A stretch of 33,707 nucleotides of DNA, from positions 1 to 33,707 of the forward strand of contig LXFE01001507.1 in NCBI GenBank assembly GCA_001929475.1. The letters run 5' to 3'. The DNA is from Neolecta irregularis DAH-3. Lineage: Eukaryota. This document shows, piece by piece, positions 23,609 to 33,707 of this stretch (the stretch's first letter is position 1; each line of letters opens with the position of its first letter). The translations under genes were made by a program, and so were the position numbers. Below the pieces are notes generated by a model, which worked only from the letters and a program-made list of their open reading frames with translations, searched no databases and had not been told where the DNA came from.

Positions 23609-25493
23609 ATGGCCCATCCTCAGTTTTTTCCAGATCCGATGCCCGAATCTCAGGTAGCGCATGGTGGAAAACGACTTGCAGAAAGCGATCCGGAAATCAT
23701 GACTCAAACCAAAAAAATTAAGGTACTGTAAGGGGTAAATTTCTACTTGGCTAACCAACATAGTCTGCTTTACACGAAGACCATGTACAAGAGGAGCAAC
23801 CATCGAGATACCTATACACCCATTTATTGGCTTTGAAAGCCCAGGAAACTGCCCTAGTAGTAGAAGAACGGTTGGATGATCTTCGAAAAAATGACGACGA
23901 TGAAGACGAGGACGATGATTGTGCCGTATCGCTGAATATCTTGGATATCCCCACCATCACGCCTCAACTCAAATTTCCAAAACGTCCTGTTCGTGCGAGC
24001 GAGCTTTATCCGGTTTTGGAAAATGGTCGCGCAAAAGCGTTTGCTCAACTATCTGGTCGAAATTGGACATTTTACGTGCACTCGGTTACTTTTACGATTG
24101 GGCGGCGTACCGATGCCGTCGCCTCACGAGACGTTCTTGAACAAGAAGGGTTTGTCGATATTGGTCTTGGGAGCCGTCTTGAGCCTGAGTACCTTGTCGT
24201 TGAATATCAACAAGCTATATGGGTCGCTACTGTTAAAGCAAAGAAAGGTGTTCTCTCCAATGGCGTTCTTCGAACCCGAGACGAAAAATTTGAACTGAGA
24301 AATGGGTATAATTTTTATTTTTATTTTTTTTCTGATTGATTAGGACTATCCTTCGAGTGGCTGATATGGAGATGATCTTCCTTTCGAATGCGAATAAATT
24401 CCAGCTTGCACCACGAATGATCGAAGCTCTGAAGTTAGAATGGAACGATGACGGTGTCCTCCAGCGATATCCGAAAAGAAGGAAATCAAATATAACACCA
24501 CAATGTGGTGTGAAATTCCAGCACAGCATATCAACTACAGAGCCCAAAGATGTTTTATGGTATGCGACAGAAGATGCAAAAGACACGAAACCGCCGTTCA
24601 GTTATGTCGCATTAATTGGTCTGATAATTTTGAATAATTCAGACAAAGCAATGCTATTGGCGGATATATATCAATCTATAATGGATCAATTTTCATATTT
24701 TCGGTATCATACGTCCGGATGGCAGGTTTGTTTCCCTTCTGTATTATTCGCCTGCCGACATTTTTAGAATTCCATACGCCACAACCTTTCTTTAAACGAT
24801 GCATTTAAACGAAAAGCTCGCAGAGATGCGTCGACAGGCAAAGGACAACTTTGGTATGTTGACGAATCTTTTGAACAAGCAATCCGCGACAAAATCAATA
24901 AGCCTTTTACCAAAAACCAAGCGGCGTCTCATCGTCTAGCGACAGACGACGCCCAAACTCGATCATCAGTCGCAGAGTCACATCAAACACTTCAACAAAT
25001 ACTCTCCTCACAGGAAGGTTCCACGTCCCCCGAAAGCTCAGCAAGTCCCCGTCTCGGAACATCAGAGAATGGAAAAGCATTTTTGAAAACACCGGCTCGC
25101 AAGACATTGAATAGGACAAATTACCTGCAAACCAAAACTCCCAATACCAATTTTCAACATGGTCATAGCGATCAATTCATGCCTAATTACCCACTCATGT
25201 CAAGTCCGATGCTACCAAACCCTCATCGACTTCAAACCCCTCGATTTACAGATAGCGCTTTGAAATCTAACGGTTTGGCATTCTCCCTAGGAAGTTCACC
25301 GGCTCCATACTCGCGAATCATCGACCACGAAGAACACCTCCCAGACCTCGGATTAGAACTGACAAAAGTCTCCTGGGCGAGTATCGGTTCCACTCCCATC
25401 CATCCAAATCATAGTCCCCTTCCTAGTCCTCAACGTGGCATCTCAGCACTCGATGCACTAGCTGCTTCAGCAACGGATACAGCTGGTCAATAG
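23609..25493 (+). CDS. FHA plus forkhead transcription factor (Fkh1/Fkh2-like), 4 exons
   Basis: FHA start AFAQLSGRNWTFYV...TIGR; forkhead KPPFSYVALI...GWQ/NSIRHNLSLNDAF...GKGQLW; the third intron falls between GWQ and NSIRHNLS. Confidence 0.9.
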
Positions 25494-25824
25494 CCTCATA
25501 GCCCCATCTCCCTTTCTCTGTACTCACAGTATGGATTAACGCTTACGACCTCCTTTTTTGTATTTTGTTTTCCGCGTTCATTTTGAAAGTCTTTTATGGA
25601 TGTGCTTATCCGGTGTTCATCTTTTTGCTTTCTTTTGGTTTATTTCTCGTTTACATACTTATAGATAGTGTCTGGGTAGATCTTGTCAATAATATCCCTC
25701 TGTTGATGTGTACTTTTTGAAATATATAGACGTGTCTATCTGTATACACTCAAATCACCTTTACCCAAGATAAATTAAAATAGAATCTTATTGAGTGACT
25801 TTAAGATCGATAATCAACGTTTGT

Positions 25825-26735
25825 TTAGAGGTCAGACGCAATCTCTTTCACCGATCGTGACAGATCTCGAAGTGGATCTGAAGTTGCGAAGTCCTGATTA
25901 GAAGTAACATTACCATTTGAACGAAAAGAAGGTTTAAAAGAAAAGGAAGATGGAAATTCATCGTCCTCTTCTGGCGATCTTATTAAATAGGTAGTACCTG
26001 CTGCTCTAGGAAATCGGGAGAGATGTGCAATCTCATGGCCTGGTACAACGACTACCTTAAATTGAATCAATGGTCTATACAGCAACATTATCACATAAAC
26101 CATAAACACCTGAATCATCCTCGCTGAACTATCAATTAATAATGTTATGTTTCTGGAGAGGATAAGTTTCGAGGTATGGAGGGTACGGATGTCCTTATTT
26201 AAAGAAATCAGATATAATTCTTGTTCGAATGCGAGTAAATCGAGTGCTATTTCGTGGATTTCAGAGTCAAAGACAATGGGAAGCTGTTGGAGCGATGGGA
26301 TGTATATTACGAGCAGTCTTGCCTAGTCTCGCGATAATCCCAAATTTAAGAAAAACGTTCCAAAAAAAGTATCCCCGATATAAGAAGAAAGGAATACTAT
26401 GGTTGAGGGGACGTCCTTTGGGTGTTTACCTATTCCCCTACCAGCGAAATACTCATCGTCGACTTCAACGGGGTATTCCTGATCGACATCCTTTGTCTTT
26501 CAACCTTTTTGGCCAGGTCACCGCTGGCGGGCGAGATTGAAACCCGACGCTACGGCACGGACGAGGGCTGGTCGTACGAGCACTCTGGCGTGAGACTATT
26601 CTGGTGAACACGTTATACTGTAGCTGAACACAAGGCAGGATCTTCTGCAATCAGCAACGCATAGACGGGGGCAGCGTCCGCATCGTTTGCGCTGGATACG
26701 GATGGGTTAAATTCTATCGTCGGTCTCGATGTCAT
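25825..26735 (-). pseudogene. Truncated or degenerate fungal-specific transcription-factor (middle homology region-like) gene with no Zn2Cys6 domain
   Basis: One frame reads VLVRPALV...DVDQEYPVEVDDEY...PSTI...MLLYRPLI. In-frame stops at 26518-20, 26500-02 and 26323-25 require introns or indicate decay. The 5' end is uncertain. Confidence 0.55.
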
Positions 26736-26855
26736 CCTCAGTCTCGATGTCATCCTCGGTCTCGATGCCATCAACGACAGCAATTCCATCCTCGGTCTCA
26801 ATACCATCCTCGACAACATCCACACGCGAGTTCGGTCTCGATAACAATGCCATCC
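26721..26855. repeat. Degenerate 18-bp tandem repeat (GTCATCCTCGGTCTCGAT)
   Basis: Two to three near-perfect units plus diverged copies; reads (DDIETE)n on the minus strand. Confidence 0.8.
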
Positions 26856-26961
26856 ACTCGCGAGTTCCTTCTCGTCCTTCTCGTAACACTGCAGATCCTC
26901 GGTCTTTGATATCAGTCCACCCTCGTTCGCTATTTAGTGACCCTTCAGTCCTCGGCACAGC

Positions 26962-28776
26962 ATGGTTCTGCTTGCGCTCCTCTGCCCACTTCTCGCTCTC
27001 GCTGCAACCACAGACAGCTGGCGCGCTCGCTCAGTCTATCAAATAATCACAGACAGATTCGCAAGATCAGACCCCGCAGACTTAACACCCTGCGATCCCC
27101 TAAAGAAAGAATACTGCGGCGGCACTTGGAAAGGCATACATGACCACCTCGACTACATCCAGGGAATGGGCTTCTCCGCCGTACTCTCTCCTCCTTTCCC
27201 CGCTGATTCAAGATCTGGATCAGCCCAATAGTAGAAAACATCCCGCATAACACATCACAAGGCTACGCCTACCACGGTATGCCCTATTTCTCTCTGTCTG
27301 ATCCAAAAGGTTACTGGACTAAAGACCTCTACTCTCTAAACTCCCACTTTGGATCCCGAGACGATCTCGTATCTCTGCAAAAGGCCCTCGCAAAACGAGA
27401 CATGTACCTAATGGTTGACGTCGTCGTCAACCATGTCGGTTCCGCCCAGGTTGCAAAAGACTTTACCGGCGAAGACATCACCCCTTTCAGTAAAATGTCC
27501 GATTATCATCCACTCTGCTATATCTACAACTGGTCCAATCAGACCCAAGTCGAACAGGTTTCATTCTCTGTTTCATTTCCTGATTCCAGTGCTGGGTAAG
27601 CGAGCAAACCCCAGACGTCGATACCGAAAGCGACTTTGTCATAAATATCTACAACAATTGGATCGGCGACCTCGTTAAAAACTATTCAAGTGAGCCGTCA
27701 TCTTTAGCTCTGTTGACTCGCAGTTGATGGACTCCGAATAGACACAGTCAAACATGTCCGCCAATCATTTTGGCCCAAATTTGTCCAATCATCTGGCGTC
27801 TTTGCAATTGGCGAGGTCCTCGCAGATACGACAAAGTATAACTTATTCTTATTACCTTGCTGATAACTCAAGTTACACATGTGCTTACCAAAACTACATG
27901 CCATCGGTCTTCAACTATGCTCTCTACTATCGTCTCCAACGCGCATTTCTCTCGCCAGCAGGTTCAATTTCTGATCTCGCCACTATGTTAAAAAATAATA
28001 CTCGTGACTGTAAAGATACACTCCTCTTGGGAAATTTCATCGAAAATGCAGATCAACCACGATACCCAGCAAACACCTCTGATCCCTCCCAAATCGCCAA
28101 TGCATTCACATATACCCTCTTTGCCGACGGTATCCCCTTTTGTACCCTCCCCAATGAGATTTCTTTTTTGCTAACAAGTAGTTTATTACGGCCAAGAACA
28201 AAACTTTACAGGAGCCTCTGATCCGTCTAACCGCGAACCTCTCTGGACTTCAAATTACTCGACAACTTCACCTTCCTACATCGAAATCGCCAAACTTAAT
28301 TCTTTTCGAAACCATATAATCGCCCAGTCCTACGACTTTGTCACATCCCATATGTCGCTCATTTATCAAGATAACAATACTCTCGCCCTGTTTAAAGATA
28401 GTCTCCTTTTTATACTAACGAACCTCGGACAACATGGACCACAGTATACCCTTGCACTGTCTAAATCGGGATTTCCTAGTGGAACCCAAATTACCGAAGT
28501 TGATGGATGTACTCAGCTCACAGCGGGTACAAACGGCGCTTTAGACGTGAAAATGGAAACGGGCAGACCTCGGGTATTTTTCCCACATCATGGGGATGCT
28601 AACCCCCTCAGATCTTGTACCCGACAAATCTATTAAATGGAAGTGGACTCTGTGGACATTCGAATAACACGGGAAATGACACTGACAGATCTGCAGGTAT
28701 ACGCTTGACACCACTTGACTTTTGGAGTTTTTGGCAAGGTTCATTTTTTCTTGTTGTTTTGTTGTTTGGGATATAA
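26962..28776 (+). CDS. Secreted, probably GPI-anchored GH13 alpha-amylase / 4-alpha-glucanotransferase-like protein (Aah/Agt type), 8 exons
   Basis: Signal peptide; WRARSVYQIITDRF; YCGGTWKGI; AYHGYW; DVVVNH; DGLRIDTVKHV; GEV; FIENADQPR. Intron 28574-28611 extends the frame to ...RSAGIRLTPLDFWSFWQGSFFLVVLLFGI*. Confidence 0.92.
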
Positions 28777-28919
28777 TTATTGTTTGAGGAAATTGCATAT
28801 CTGTCTATTTTTCTGTGTATAATAATGGCTATTTAATTGACGCGAGTCAACGTATGTCGAATTTATGAATCAGAGAGCTTGAAATTCTACAAGCTGAAAT
28901 CTTTTCATTAACTCTCTGA

Positions 28920-29800
28920 ATGCAACCACCAACAATCATCGCCCCATCAATTCTCTCCGCGGATTTTGCAAATCTCGCTTCTGAAGCAATTAAAATCCTT
29001 AACTATGGCGCTGATATGCTCCATATAGACGTATCCATCTTTCTCTCCCACCGCCTCCGCTTGAACTAATCTATCGTCAATGTAGATCATGGACGCTCAT
29101 TTCGTTCCAAATTTAACAATCGGTCCATGCGTAGTCGCCTCTCTCAGAAAATCTCTAGACTCAAATATATCAATCACCCCTCCCTCGATCAAAAAATCAG
29201 GTCTATTAAAAGATTCCCGAACCACTTTTTTCGATTGTCATTTGATGATTGAAAACCCTCAAATTTGGGTTGAACAATTTAAACTTGCTGGATGTGATTT
29301 ATTTTGTTTTCATTATGAGGCAACTGGTAAACCTCTTTTAAACCTATCTTTGCCAAGCCTGTCTGACTTGACAAAGATGACCCGGTTGGATGTATCAAGA
29401 TTATACAAAAGTACGGGTTAAAAGTTGGTGTTGCGATTAAGCCTGCAACGCAGGTAGATGTATTATTTCCCTTGATTGAAAATGAAGGTATCGATATGGC
29501 TCTAGTCATGACTGTCGAGCCTGGTTTCGGTGGACAATCATTTAAAGCCGAATGTCTTCCCAAAGTACTATCTAATTTCTTGGGGCTGGGTAGTAGTCTG
29601 ATTTGCAGGTCACTGCGTTACGTGAACGATACCCCCAATTGGACATTGAAGTCGATGGGGGACTGGGACCAACTACGATTGGACTGGCTGCGGAGGCAGG
29701 AGCGAATGTTATTGTTGCTGGGAGTGCTGTGTTTGGGGCCTCGGATCCTGCGAGTGTGATTAGGAGTTTACGGGAAGTTGTTGATGCTTTTGCAAAGTAG
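28920..29800 (+). CDS. RPE1: Ribulose-5-phosphate 3-epimerase, 4 exons
   Basis: [69 protein letters not shown]. Confidence 0.96.
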
Positions 29801-30285
29801 CGCGGTTGAATGATCATTAATAGAGGATAACTGTATAAACAACTTGGGGTTGAATGTTTCAAATATCGCCATGCCAGATACAATTATAAAGATAAGAGAC
29901 TTGTAACAACTGGACATCTAACAAATGTTCCTTTGCCAATCGGGTAATGTCGAGCCATTTTTCAATGGGCTGACTGAATAGTTCGTGGGGGTTAGCCAAT
30001 GGAAACAAGTTTTGGATCTTGGGGACCATGAATTAGAAGCCCATGAAGATTGTTGTAATTTCGTCTAGTCCCATGCATGACGATGAACGGGATAATTGAT
30101 TCCGTTTCTTATCGAATCTAATCAGGTGCAGCTTAAACAGAGCCCTAGTACACTGAACGCCACTCCACCATAAATTATCCACATGTCTCGTGGAGCAGGG
30201 GTCAGTCAGATTTCTAGACAACGGCTGTAAGACACTACTAGCCCACGATTTATAAACGAGCGAAGACTGGAAAATAACTCGAGGA

Positions 30286-31512
30286 ATGTACTCTGTACCT
30301 CGAAAGAAACCTCATTCACCACTTCCGTCCCTCGTCATCCCTTCACCCCGTCCTCCACAAACACCCACATTTTCCTTCCCAACCACAAATGCCGAATCTC
30401 AAAAAAATTCAGATCCAGCTTTCTCCATCGCAGATTTTCAAAAGGCTGCCAGCGACGAGGTTCGAGATGATATCTGGGCGACTTCCATCAACGCAGGCAC
30501 CTTTGAAGATTTGGGAAGGCTGGGAGAAGGAAACGGAGGAAGTGTAAAGAAATGTAGATTACCAACCGGCCAATTGTTCGCCATGAAGGTATTTTATACC
30601 CTTCTCTCCATTTGTCATGACTAAAAAAAAGACTATCCCGGCCGATCCGAATCCAGATGTTCATCGTCAGATTCTACGAGAATTAGAGTTCAACAGATCA
30701 TGTTGTTCGCCTCATATCGTCCAGTATTATCACGCGCATTTATCTCCCACGCAGGGTATAATCTCCATCGCAATGGAATTCTGTGCAGCTGGATCCCTCG
30801 ACGCAATTTACAAACGCGTAAAGGAACTAAATGGCCGGACTGGAGAGAAAGTATTGGGAAAAATAGCACAGGGTGCATTAAGTGGTTTGGATTATCTCAA
30901 AGATCGGGGAATCATACATCGAGGTAACCCCAACTTTATCAAAATCCTAAAGTACAGATATCAAACCGAGTAATATATTACTGACGGCAACTGGACAAGT
31001 CAAAATTTGCGATTTCGGCGTTTCGGGAGTTCTTGTTAATTCTCTTGCGGGGACATTTACCGGGACATCATTATACATGGCTGTATGTGTTCGTTCTTTA
31101 GTATGGATTAATGAAAGCCTGAGCGGATTCGAGGAGAGAATTATAGTGTTACGTCTGATGTGTGGTCACTGGGACTCACATTGATGGAGGTGGCGGAGCA
31201 TCGGTTTCCCATTCCTATTGACGGTCAACTGGGACCAATAGAGCTATTGTCGCAAATTGTGTCTTGCCCGATAGCCGATGTCCGGGATGAGCCTGAGCTC
31301 GGCGTCAAATGGTCCGAAGGATTCCGACACTTTCTAAAGTGTTGGTTTGTCCCTCTTATTTCCGGGACGCACGGTTGACGCGTAGTCTCGAACGACAATC
31401 GTTAAAGCGCGCAAACCCAAAGCAGATGTTGCAACATCCCTGGATCGTGTATCAGAGCGGCAAAACGGTGGACATGGTGAGGTGGGTTAAGGAGGTATGG
31501 GGCTGGCCTTGA
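30286..31512 (+). CDS. MKK1: MAP kinase kinase of the cell-wall-integrity pathway (Mkk1/Pek1-like), 5 exons
   Basis: [72 protein letters not shown]-terminal docking motif [14 protein letters not shown]. Confidence 0.92.
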
Positions 31513-31877
31513 ACTTGGAGGAGTTGCATTCAGCTTGTATGATATATGTTTGCTGGACCAGAGTCCCAGTGCCTCCTGCGCTGTGTTTACGCCGGAAATA
31601 CAAGGCCAATGTGGCACAACTAGTGCCCGCAGTCTAGCAGAGGATCTAGCTGGTGGAGCTGCAATGCGCAAAACAGATTGCAGCTCTGCTCGCTTCCAGA
31701 CACACTGCAGGGCAGCGGCACAGCGGGAACCCTCGCTTACGCTGTCGATCCGCGGAAAGCGGGAGCCGGTGGCTGACGCCGCATCCCGATGCAGCAGATG
31801 GGCATTTCTCCTTATCGCCGGTCTCCACAAATATCCACCACCCTCCTTCGCCGCCCCCAGCCTCCTTCCCGCCTGCC

Positions 31878-33337
31878 ATGTCTTCTAGAGACAAAAAGAG
31901 TCTGGTCGCCAGTCTGCGCTGCCGGTTTAAGAGATCGCTGTCCTTCCAGAGCTCCAGGCCGTGCGAACCATATCTGACGCTGCCTGTTCCAGCGCCGATC
32001 GACGAAGGCATCGGTCTCCCAGATGAGAACTCGTCCCGTGTCGGTATTTCCCCAAAGCAACCTACCATCTCCTGATCCATAGAACTCCTCAGAGTCCTGC
32101 CTACCGAGATTACCCTCCATATATTTAGCCATCTAGACCGCTCGACCCTTCTTACTGCCTCCACCGTCTGCAAGCAGTTCAATACACTGGTCAACCAAAA
32201 CATCTATTGGAAGAGACTATACCTCTCACAACCGTTCTGGAGAGTCAAGCAGAATACCCCGAAATCCATCGACTGGAAAAAACTCTATATCAACCGTTTT
32301 GAACTTGAACGAAGATGGAAAAAAGGCCTGGCTAGCCCTAAATATGTCCGTGGTCATACGGACAGCGTCTATTGTGCACAATTTGATTGGTTTCATTTCA
32401 TTGAAAGGCTGTCTGTTGACCCAATTAGCGAAAAAATCATCTCGGGATCTCGGGATAAATCGATAAATATATGGGATCTGAAAACGGGACATTTGATTAA
32501 ATCGCTGGCTCGACCACAACATGATTCTCATACCGCAAGCGTACTATGTCTTCAATTCGACGATGAAATTATGGTTTCAGGAAGTTCAGATTATGGAATT
32601 ATTATTTGGGACATTCAAAAATTTCGGATTTTACGAAAGTTATTTGGTCATACTGCCGGTGTTCTTGACGTAAAACATAATTCCGGGACCATTGTTTCTT
32701 GTTCAAAAGATACCTCGATCATTGTATGGAGTCGTAAGGGAGATCTGATACGACGGCTGATGGGACACCGTGGACCGGTGAATGCTATCCAGCTTGCTGG
32801 AGAAATTGTTGTTAGCGCCAGTGGTGACGCGGTCATTAAGATGTGGAACACAGGCACTGGTGAGTGTCTCAAAGAGTTTCACGGTCATACGAGGGGCTTA
32901 GCGTGTCTTCAGTATGACCCTGTGTTGGGGCTTATCGCCAGTGGAGGCAACGATCAGACACTACGTATTTGGGTATATTCTTTTTACTTTCGAGAAGACG
33001 CTGAGGGCATAGGATTCCAAAACGGGCCAGGCAACTCATCTTTTGGAATCCCATCGGCAATTAGTTCGAACGTTGCATATGTCCAATGGTCGAATTGTTT
33101 CGGCAAGCTATGACCAATCCATCAAGGTACGTCATTTCTCCGAATGGTCTTTTCTCAGGGTTTAACTAGGTCTGGGATTACACTACTGGCCGCCTGGAAC
33201 TAGATTTTCCCAAATGGCACAACAGTTGGATATTTTCGGTACAAAGCAGTGCTGATCGGATAGTCAGTGCGAGTCAGGATCATTCTATTTTGGTTCTGAA
33301 TTTTGGGGAAGGCCTGGATCTCGGGTACATTGATTGA
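31878..33337 (+). CDS. F-box/WD40 SCF substrate receptor of the beta-TrCP type (FWD-1/Pof11-like), 5 exons
   Basis: F-box LRVLPTEITLHIFSHLD...VCKQF; WD repeats GHTDSVYCAQFD, HTASVLCLQFD, GHTAGVLDV, GHRGPVNAIQL, GHTRGLACLQY; tail RIVSASQDHSILVLNFG. Confidence 0.9.
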
Positions 33338-33707
33338 GGGATGTCTCTGGGCAGGGGCGGTAGCAGGGTCATCTCCAGAAATATTGTTGTTTAGCGCTGC
33401 ATTAGGTTGGCAACGTTCTTTTGTCTTTCTTTGGGGGTGTTCTTTGCGGGTCCTGGATAAAATAAAATTGCTGTGGGGGAATAGAAGACCTCAGACGCTA
33501 TGCCTCGGGTCGCACGGTGCGAGATGCAGCTATCTACTAGCGATTCATATCTTTTTCTTTTCTGGCAGGCAAATGTAGCTGGTGCTAGACGGATGTGTTT
33601 TTCGCAGGAAATAAAAGGCTCATCGGGGCACTGCAGGTGACTGACTCAACCGCCTCGGCCTTATAACAGGCCCTGCCCGCGCCCCGTCTTCCTTCCTCTC
33701 CCTAAAC

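Noticed and set aside
30076..30156. ATGACGA...CTGA as a C/D-box snoRNA
   Set aside because: Imperfect C box, no terminal stem and no rRNA-complementary guide that I could identify.
31535..32203. Several overlapping ORFs on both strands, including a possible uORF over the F-box start codon
   Set aside because: Expected in GC-rich, stop-poor sequence; the transcription start is unknown and no domain is recognisable.
1667..33337. Apparent in-frame stops and frameshifts suggesting an alternative genetic code or mass pseudogenisation
   Set aside because: All resolve as short spliceosomal introns under the standard code, except in the TF remnant.

Overview
Gene-dense eukaryotic (fungal, ascomycete) genomic window. 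The ORF track is fragmented by roughly 65-70 very short introns (mostly about 32-47 nt). Gene content and intron style suggest an early-diverging ascomycete (Taphrinomycotina, possibly Neolecta-like; this is inference). Manual splicing gives, in order: RPS12 (-), MED31/SOH1 (-, missed by the ORF track), BLM10/PA200 (+), an intronless orphan ~7-TM membrane protein (+), an ING-family PHD protein (+), VAM7 (-), a SIP3/LAM1-type BAR-PH-GRAM-VASt protein (+), an uncharacterised probable nuclear protein (-), a DNAJC7-type TPR-J protein (-), BIM1/Mal3 (+), an FHA-forkhead factor (+), a truncated fungal transcription-factor remnant (-), a GPI-type GH13 alpha-amylase-like gene (+), RPE1 (+), an MKK1/Pek1 MAPKK (+) and an FWD-1/Pof11-type F-box WD40 gene (+). 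No mobile element, CRISPR array, tRNA or rRNA was seen, and no clear new multi-gene system. The best leads are the orphan intronless 7-TM protein, the headless TF remnant beside a His-to-Ala GPI amylase, a forkhead protein with a degenerate FHA pocket, the uncharacterised MCB-preceded protein, unusual splice sites (two GC-AG introns in BIM1, a GAG acceptor) and a C-rich 5' to G-rich 3' polarity within genes.
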